From Synechococcus sp. (GTDB taxonomy: Bacteria > Cyanobacteriota > Cyanobacteriia > Thermostichales > PCC-7336): DNA of 23,665 nucleotides. The stretch lies in the NCBI GenBank assembly GCA_051439605.1, contig JBFRWN010000118.1, forward strand, positions 1 to 23,665, written 5' to 3'. This document shows positions 17,782 to 23,665 of the stretch, in pieces (the first letter of the stretch is position 1; the number at the start of each line of letters is the position of its first letter). The position numbers were made by a program, and so were the translations under genes. The notes under the pieces are model-generated. The model was given only the letters and a program-made list of their open reading frames with translations. It made no database searches and was not told where the DNA came from.

Positions 17782-19641
17782 ATGGCCCAGCAACCGTTCG
17801 GAAACTCAGAGGCAATTCAGTTAATTGCTGAACTCGTCCACGGGGTGCGCAGTCAGGACAGTAGAAGGCGAAATAAACACTTAACAGACCGAGAAATCAC
17901 CGTTCTCAATTGGGTTTTAGAGGGGCGGTCGTATTCGCAAATTGCGGAAAAACTGTCGATCGCATTTGACAAAGTCTACGACAACAATTCGATCAAAAGC
18001 TTGATGTACAAAGTCATTACCGAGCTGAAGGCAGCCTTCCGTTCCGCTGGCTTATCGGACGAGATTAACAAGCGAAATCTCAAATCATCCTTAGAACGCT
18101 ACCGCAGAAAACAGCAAGCACAGCAAGTGTTCCAGCACCGCTCCTCTGCACAGTCATGCATCTCCCTAGACAATGCCAGTCGGGCCACGATAGACAGGCA
18201 CCTCAACTCCTGGAGTGCTTCCGGCTGCGTCTACAGCGCCCCCAGCGCCATCTTTTTTTGTGGAGAACATGCGGTTGTCTACGGCCATCCCGCGATCTAT
18301 TTCCCTCTCCCCATGCGGCTGTACGTCCAGGTTCAAGCCGATCGCTCCCGCCAGGCTGCGATTATCGATGAATTTATTACTCGAAATCCCAGCACCGGCC
18401 AAATTCAAAACGTCCAGCATATCGACGACTACGGCCGTCGACTGGCAAAAAATCACGAAGACCATCTCAACGATTTATACCGCTCTACACTCAGTCCATT
18501 TCTCAAACCCATAGAGGGGACGACTCGCTACGGATTGACGTTAAAGGTGATGAGCGAATTTCCCATTGCCTGCGGCTTAGATTCTTCGGGAGCCCTAGCG
18601 GCTGCTTTGGCAACTGCACTGGCGGATCGATATTTAGACATCGATCGCTTCGCGGCCCATTTTCAGATATCGAGCGATCGGGATGCTGTCAGTGACTCGA
18701 CAGTGGCAACCCAGGTAATCGCTTGGGCGATTGAAAACTGCTTTCACAACAATCGGTCCAGCGGTATTGGGGCGCTCGCCGCCCTGAATGGCAGAACAGG
18801 TCGACATCCTTTGGTGTATCTCTCCTCTAAGCGATCGCAGTTACCGTATCGTTTAGCTGCCGGGTGGCAGCCAGTGGATGCAGGATCTGGGGACAGTGCC
18901 ATTCGCAATCTCTCCAACATCAAAACCATCGTGTTCGATCCAGCCGATCGCAAAGACGATCAACTCTCGTTTCCCCCTCCCCCTTCCTTTAATCTTTCTG
19001 CGATCTATTGCGGCAACATCAGCAAAACCGAACAAATGCTGGCAGATAGTTCCCTCCGTCGCCACGGACTGTTGGATGGAGAGACCAAATCCTATTTGAA
19101 CCGGCAATTAACCACCCAACTACCATCAGATGAAATTCAGCGATCAATTTACGTCCACAGTCACGAAATTGTCCGGGAAATCCAATTCAACGACCAACTT
19201 TCTCTCCACGCAAAAAGCCAGCAAATGGATATCGCCAACCGGGAATTCATGGCCGATTCCCTCGGGATTATTTCAACAGCGGCCATCGATGCCATCCTCA
19301 CCGATTGGCAAGCCCTCCCCAGCTTGATGAGCACCTATCAGTCGTTGTTGTTCAGCTACGGAGCATCGGACATGAGGAGCGATTCTCTGATGATGAAGCT
19401 CTCGCTAGCCGCCCTCGAACATCAGATTCATCAAGGAAGTGGCAAGCCAGCCATGGGCATCAAGGTAACGGGTTCGGGAGGAGGAGGAGACTTTATTGCC
19501 TTCAGCCTATTACCTCCTGCAATCCACCAAGAGATCGTTCAGAGCCACCTCGATCGCGCATCTAGCCTGCATTTTGATTCCACGCAGCTACCGGCGGAAC
19601 AATGGGAACGCCCCGTAGAGGGGGCAAGGCGCGAGTGCTAG
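17782..19641 (+). CDS. HTH-GHMP (mevalonate-kinase-like) fusion protein; probable ligand-sensing regulator or pseudokinase
   Basis: The N-terminus has an HTH (HLTDREITVLNWVLEGRSYSQIAEKL...INKRNLKSSLER). All three GHMP motifs follow in order: SAPSAIFFCGEHAVVYG (aa 152-168), PIACGLDSSGA (aa 261-271) and KVTGSGGGG (aa 561-569). Confidence 0.85.
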   Translation: MAQQPFGNSEAIQLIAELVHGVRSQDSRRRNKHLTDREITVLNWVLEGRSYSQIAEKLSIAFDKVYDNNSIKSLMYKVITELKAAFRSAGLSDEINKRNLKSSLERYRRKQQAQQVFQHRSSAQSCISLDNASRATIDRHLNSWSASGCVYSAPSAIFFCGEHAVVYGHPAIYFPLPMRLYVQVQADRSRQAAIIDEFITRNPSTGQIQNVQHIDDYGRRLAKNHEDHLNDLYRSTLSPFLKPIEGTTRYGLTLKVMSEFPIACGLDSSGALAAALATALADRYLDIDRFAAHFQISSDRDAVSDSTVATQVIAWAIENCFHNNRSSGIGALAALNGRTGRHPLVYLSSKRSQLPYRLAAGWQPVDAGSGDSAIRNLSNIKTIVFDPADRKDDQLSFPPPPSFNLSAIYCGNISKTEQMLADSSLRRHGLLDGETKSYLNRQLTTQLPSDEIQRSIYVHSHEIVREIQFNDQLSLHAKSQQMDIANREFMADSLGIISTAAIDAILTDWQALPSLMSTYQSLLFSYGASDMRSDSLMMKLSLAALEHQIHQGSGKPAMGIKVTGSGGGGDFIAFSLLPPAIHQEIVQSHLDRASSLHFDSTQLPAEQWERPVEGARREC

Positions 19642-19657
19642 ATTAGGCCCTCGCAAA

Positions 19658-19694
19658 TCTGAAAACCTGAACTCACTCCTGAACAAACCTGAAC
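19658..19694 (+). promoter_or_regulatory. Tandem CCTGAAC repeats upstream of the DUF4278-like gene (candidate operator)
   Basis: TCTGAAA at 19658 and CCTGAAC at 19666, 19678 and 19688 (spacings 8, 12, 10). Confidence 0.5.
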
Positions 19695-19787
19695 TTTTCG
19701 GGATTTTTTCTGCTACGAGTTTTCGCGACACTGAGGTCATCGAAGCGCCGGGCACAGCCCTTTCAGAAGCACACGAGGACCCAAACC

Positions 19788-20024
19788 ATGACGTCTCAAC
19801 TGACCTACCGCGGCCAATCCTTCGAATTCACTGCCCACAAGACTGTCGATACAACCGAGCTGGCAACCTTCCGCGGACGCGAGACTTCAGTTTCGCGGCT
19901 TGCTTCACAGCCGGTGAAGCTGCCTGCGGACCTGCAGTTCTTCGGTCGGCATACCGCTGGAGAAAAAGCAGCTGTTAGAAACCAACAAGCGATCGCTGTA
20001 TTTGGCCCCCTTGTATCTGCGTAG
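19788..20024 (+). CDS. Small cyanobacterial protein, DUF4278-like
   Basis: 78 aa, starts MTSQLTYRGQSF with related repeats ATFRG and LQFFGR. The L.YRG start is the DUF4278 hallmark. GAGGA SD upstream. Confidence 0.75.
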   Translation: MTSQLTYRGQSFEFTAHKTVDTTELATFRGRETSVSRLASQPVKLPADLQFFGRHTAGEKAAVRNQQAIAVFGPLVSA

Positions 20025-20125
20025 GCTCCATTGCTGATGTTCTCGACAAGAGAGTTTGCCAGTGACAAGCCGTTGTTCGCAAAACCGTCGCAATCGAATG
20101 TATTAAACCCATTGGAAAGCCGGAT

Positions 20126-20275
20126 ATGAAAACCATCGTAGCGACCTATATTGCCCTTTCGCTCGGCCTGTTTGGGTTAGCTTCCTTAGCCAGCTGCAGT
20201 TCTGCTCAACTGATAGACGAATTGTTTACCATCAATGTGAGAGCTGAGGGGATCGCCCTCAATCGACTGTTTTAG
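20126..20275 (+). CDS. Putative 49-aa small lipoprotein (below the ORF-track cutoff)
   Basis: MKTIVATYIALSLGLFGLASLASCSSAQLIDELFTINVRAEGIALNRLF*: basic N-terminus, hydrophobic core, lipobox L-A-S-C (Cys24). Confidence 0.55.
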   Translation: MKTIVATYIALSLGLFGLASLASCSSAQLIDELFTINVRAEGIALNRLF

Positions 20276-20354
20276 CGCTCCCTTGTTCCCTCTCAATTAG
20301 AGACTCGTATCGGTTATGTCGCTCGATCGGGAAAAACATGCGGACAAACGGACC

Positions 20355-21719
20355 TTACGCGCCCACCACGCAATCACCCCCCTCGCTTTTAGCCTGCTGC
20401 AGGTTACGATCGCATCCCTCTAAAAATTCCTCTAACCCAACATCGGGGGTCGGCCGCGCGGTTGTCATTCCGATGCTGAAGGTTAACCCAGGCAACTCGC
20501 CAGGCATCGGTAAATTTTTCACCTGTTTCAAAAGCGTTTGGGCAGTCTGTTCCGTTTCGGAGGCAACCTTTTGGGGGAGAACGATGGCCAAGGTGAGGGT
20601 GCCGTAGCGACCCACTAAATCATCCACTCCTTGCACCGTCTGTTTGACCAGTTCGGCAATTTGAGACAGGCAGCGATCGCCCATTTCGTGATGGCCGTCC
20701 GGACCGTAGAAATTGAAATGGTCCACCTGACACAGCATCAGGGTCAGCGGTGTTTGGGTTTGCATCGCCTGCTGCCAGCATTCCAGCAAATAGGCATCAA
20801 ATCGGCGGCGGGTGGCCACCTGCGTCAACTCATCGAGGGCCGCCAAACGTTGGAGCTCGTGAATGGCTTGCTGAAGCCTTGCATTTTGCTCTTTGAGCTG
20901 CCGCTGCAGCTGTTGAATCTTGAGCTGATTTTCCACCCGAGCCAGAACCTCAACCACCTTGAAGGGCTTGGAGATGTAATCGCTTCCCCCTGCCGAAAAG
21001 GCTTTGACTTTATCCCAGGCTTCATCCAAAGCACTAACAAAAATGACGGGAATATCCCGAGTCCTTGGCTCGGCCTTGAGCTGCTGACAGACGGTATAGC
21101 CGTCCATGTCAGGCATATTGATATCCAACAAAATCAAATCTGGATGCACTAACGTAACCGCTTGTAAGGCCACTGTGCCATTAATGGCTTGTTGGACTTC
21201 GTACCCCTGTTCTTCAAGCAAATCTGTCAGCAACCGGAGGTTTTTCGGGCGATCGTCCACGAGTAAGATGTTGGCTTTTGCGATCGAAGTGGGTGCGGGT
21301 AGATGGGTCGTAAGGGGTGGGGGCAATGCTGTTACGATCGGCACTTCAGGCATGCCGTTGGTCGGTTGAACGGGATTGGCGCTAGTGTTTGCTCGGGACA
21401 GCGATCCGTTGCGCATCTGTTGCTCGAGCATGGAGCGAACATTTAATTTGGTGACTTTTCGATCCAGTGCCTGAGAAATAATTTGCCAAAGTTTGGGAGC
21501 CACATCTTGCTTGACGTACTTGGCGGAGTAGCCGCACTCTTCTGCCAGTTGGTCGTAGGTTTTACGCTCCCCCTGTAAAGCGGAAATCAAGATACGGCGC
21601 TGCAGTTCGCTACAGTAGGTGTCTGTTTTTTCGACGATTAGCGTTTCTGCGAACTCTAAAATACCGTCAGTTTCACCCATAAAGATCGCACCTATATCAT
21701 TGGATCCAGCCATGTCCAT
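20355..21719 (-). CDS. Response regulator: N-terminal HTH, receiver domain, degenerate GGDEF domain
   Basis: HTH (ELQRRILISALQGERKTYDQLAEECGYS..YVKQDVAPKLWQIIS..L..KVTK.N), intact REC (ILLVDD, LLDINMPDMDG, FVSA, ISKP), coiled coil, then a GGDEF fold with RYGTLTL in place of RYGGEEF. The start could be any of the first three Met codons. Confidence 0.9.
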   Translation of the reverse strand: MDMAGSNDIGAIFMGETDGILEFAETLIVEKTDTYCSELQRRILISALQGERKTYDQLAEECGYSAKYVKQDVAPKLWQIISQALDRKVTKLNVRSMLEQQMRNGSLSRANTSANPVQPTNGMPEVPIVTALPPPLTTHLPAPTSIAKANILLVDDRPKNLRLLTDLLEEQGYEVQQAINGTVALQAVTLVHPDLILLDINMPDMDGYTVCQQLKAEPRTRDIPVIFVSALDEAWDKVKAFSAGGSDYISKPFKVVEVLARVENQLKIQQLQRQLKEQNARLQQAIHELQRLAALDELTQVATRRRFDAYLLECWQQAMQTQTPLTLMLCQVDHFNFYGPDGHHEMGDRCLSQIAELVKQTVQGVDDLVGRYGTLTLAIVLPQKVASETEQTAQTLLKQVKNLPMPGELPGLTFSIGMTTARPTPDVGLEEFLEGCDRNLQQAKSEGGDCVVGA

Positions 21720-21891
21720 GAGCCTATCAAAACTTTGGTGGCTAACTTGGACAGGTAAACAATCCTAATGTCTACCAATAACGTTTACTGCTACTGAAGA
21801 TACGATGCTGACCAATAGGGTTTACATCGCCCTCTTGCGTCCTGTCAGCAGCTGGATCCGATATCAATGCAAGATTTCTTCTGAAAAGCTT

Positions 21892-23665
21892 ATGTTCACA
21901 AGCGATCGCAACCATGCCATGCCCAAGTTTAGGCTCCGAACGACCTTAGTCGTCCCTTTTGTGCTGCAAATCATTTCTGCCGTGGGCTTAGTTGGGTATT
22001 TCTCCTATCAAAACGGCCAAAATGCCGTGCAAGAACTCGAACAACAGCTGCGAAATGAGCTGACATTGCGCATTCAACAAGAAATTAAAAGTTACGTCGA
22101 AACTCCGTTCTTGATTAACGGGGTAAACGAGATTGCCCTATTGCAGGGAGATGTAAAAGTTGCAGATGTTGAAGGAGAATACTTATTTTGGTCGCAGCTG
22201 AAAATTTTTCCCACCACAAACCTGATTTACTGCGGCACAGAAGACGGCGAATTTATGGGAGTGGGGCACTCAAACACCGATCGCAGCGTGCAGCTGCAAG
22301 TCTCAAATGCCTCCACCAATTACTACTTTCACTACTACAACTTCGATACCATCGGAAATCGAGCTGAATTGAAGTCTCGGGGCGACCGCCCCTTTGACCC
22401 CAGGAGGCGCCCCTGGTATAGGACAGCTCTAAAGCGCCAGGCCCCGACATGGAGCGAGATTTATATTGATTTTGATGCCGGTCTTCCGGTGATCACTGCC
22501 AGCGCTCCGGTGTACCAACCCGGGACAGAGACACCGATCGGCGTGTGTGCCACCGATTTTTTGCTGACAGAGGAACTGACTTCGTTTTTGAACCAGCTGT
22601 CGGTCGGTAAGACAGGAGAAACCTTCATCATCGATCGGGCGGGACACCTGGTGGCCAGTTCCACCTCCGATGCGGATGCCCTCATGCAAGGGCAGGGGGA
22701 TGAGGCTCAGTTAATGCATGGGGTTGAGAGCAACCATCCGTTGGTACAGGAAACGGCACGTCATCTACAGGCACAGTTTGGCAGCTTTCGCGAGATTCGC
22801 GAGAGCCAAACATTATCCTTTTCTATTGCAGATCTGGGGCGACAGTTCGTTCAGGTGGCACCGTTTCAAGACGATCGCGGGATTGATTGGCTCATTGTTG
22901 TGGCCATTCCAGAATCGGATTTCATGGCGCAGATTAATGCCAATACCCGCAATACGGCGATGCTATGTTTGGGGGCATTGGGAGTGGCGATCGCCCTCGG
23001 TGCTCTCACCTCCCGTTTGGTAACGCGTCCGATTTTAAGGGTTTCACGGGCCTCTGACCAACTTCCCCAGGACGATCTAAACCAGCCGGTTGGGTCTAGC
23101 CCAATTCTTGAAATTGATACCCTGGCAAACTCGTTTAACAGGATGGCACAGCAACTAAAGGAATCTTTTAATGCCCTGCATCAGAGTGAAGCGACCAATC
23201 GGGCGATTATTGAAACCATTCCCGATTTGATTATTCGGGCCAAAGGGGATGGCACCTATTTAGATATTTTCGGCAACGATCGCTCTCCGGTCGATGCTGG
23301 ATTAAAACAATTAAGTTCTGGGAACACCGTTCGGGAATCGTTACCTTCTGCTCTGGCCGAAACCCGCATGAACTACATCGAGCAAGCGCTGAAAACAGGT
23401 CAGCTGCAAATCTACGAGCATCAAATCGTCCTGAATGGCCAACCCCGAGATGAAGAGGTTCGCATTGTTGTGTTGGGGGACGATGAAGTGTTGATCATCG
23501 TGCGCAATATTAGCGTGCGCAAGCAGGCCGAAAAAGCAATCGAACAGGCCAACCAAGTATTGGAGAACAAAGTAGCGGAACGAACGGCGTCTCTTGCGAA
23601 AAGCCAAAGAACGCTGGAAGAAAGCAACCAGGAATTGCGGAAAACGCTGCAAACTTTAGAAGTGA
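21892..23665 (+). CDS. Membrane sensor protein (TM - Cache - TM - HAMP - PAS - coiled coil), probably a histidine kinase; truncated by the window end
   Basis: Absent from the ORF track because there is no stop in the window. Hand translation gives LRTTLVVPFVLQIISAVGLVGYFSYQNGQNAV, FDPRRRPWY, IDWLIVVAIPESDFM, EIDTLANSFNRMAQQL, IIETIPDLI and LENKVAERT. In-frame ATGs at 21805, 21892 and 21919. The output domain is not visible. Confidence 0.9.
   Translation, partial: MFTSDRNHAMPKFRLRTTLVVPFVLQIISAVGLVGYFSYQNGQNAVQELEQQLRNELTLRIQQEIKSYVETPFLINGVNEIALLQGDVKVADVEGEYLFWSQLKIFPTTNLIYCGTEDGEFMGVGHSNTDRSVQLQVSNASTNYYFHYYNFDTIGNRAELKSRGDRPFDPRRRPWYRTALKRQAPTWSEIYIDFDAGLPVITASAPVYQPGTETPIGVCATDFLLTEELTSFLNQLSVGKTGETFIIDRAGHLVASSTSDADALMQGQGDEAQLMHGVESNHPLVQETARHLQAQFGSFREIRESQTLSFSIADLGRQFVQVAPFQDDRGIDWLIVVAIPESDFMAQINANTRNTAMLCLGALGVAIALGALTSRLVTRPILRVSRASDQLPQDDLNQPVGSSPILEIDTLANSFNRMAQQLKESFNALHQSEATNRAIIETIPDLIIRAKGDGTYLDIFGNDRSPVDAGLKQLSSGNTVRESLPSALAETRMNYIEQALKTGQLQIYEHQIVLNGQPRDEEVRIVVLGDDEVLIIVRNISVRKQAEKAIEQANQVLENKVAERTASLAKSQRTLEESNQELRKTLQTLEV

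Larger units (their letters stand above)
429..22994. repeat. Dispersed HIP1 octamers (GCGATCGC)
   Basis: Many perfect copies (e.g. 429, 564, 11559, 21902, 22987) plus near-matches, characteristic of most non-pico cyanobacteria. Confidence 0.9.

Noticed and set aside
17782..19641. Calling this mevalonate kinase, or evidence of a mevalonate pathway
   Set aside because: Key catalytic residues appear substituted, an HTH is fused, and no other MVA genes are present.
17739..19694. CRISPR array or telomere-like repeat interpretation of the short repeats
   Set aside because: The units are only 5-10 nt with four copies, there are no spacers and no cas genes; operator arrays fit better.
19700..19787. 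Glutamine (glnA or downstream-peptide) riboswitch
   Set aside because: The consensus elements I recall for either class are not evident; an Rfam scan is needed.
20355..20860. Active diguanylate cyclase
   Set aside because: The GG(D/E)EF signature and the metal/GTP-binding residues are absent.
22253..23652. Short ORFs listed in the track at the right end
   Set aside because: All overlap the uncalled Cache-HAMP-PAS sensor gene in other frames or on the other strand.

Overview
Cyanobacterial chromosomal DNA, judged from dense HIP1 (GCGATCGC) sites and cyanobacteria-typical sensor and HTH proteins. From left to right: an IS1634-family element that appears inserted into a decayed IS5-family transposase; a complete five-gene Opp/Dpp-type ABC importer with a Tat-exported binding protein and an NtcA-like promoter; a tyrosine-recombinase remnant; a stress module (rtcA and dnaJ behind a CIRCE-like operator, divergent from a LonC-type protease); a secreted alpha/beta hydrolase; and a ~1,615-aa multi-module chitinase (2x CBM2, 3x Calx-beta, an unassigned central glycosidase-like domain, C-terminal GH18). 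Divergent from the chitinase is a 619-aa fusion of an HTH domain to a mevalonate-kinase-like GHMP domain that appears to lack its catalytic residues, flanked on both sides by phased AACCT-type repeats. Next come a DUF4278-like small protein, an uncalled 49-aa lipoprotein, an HTH-REC-degenerate GGDEF protein and a Cache-HAMP-PAS sensor that runs off the window. The best candidate for an undescribed system is the HTH-GHMP pseudokinase/chitinase pair, possibly a Gal3-like one-component sugar sensor controlling chitin degradation in a phototroph. All family calls come from recognising motifs by eye; no searches were run. No tRNA, rRNA or CRISPR array was seen.
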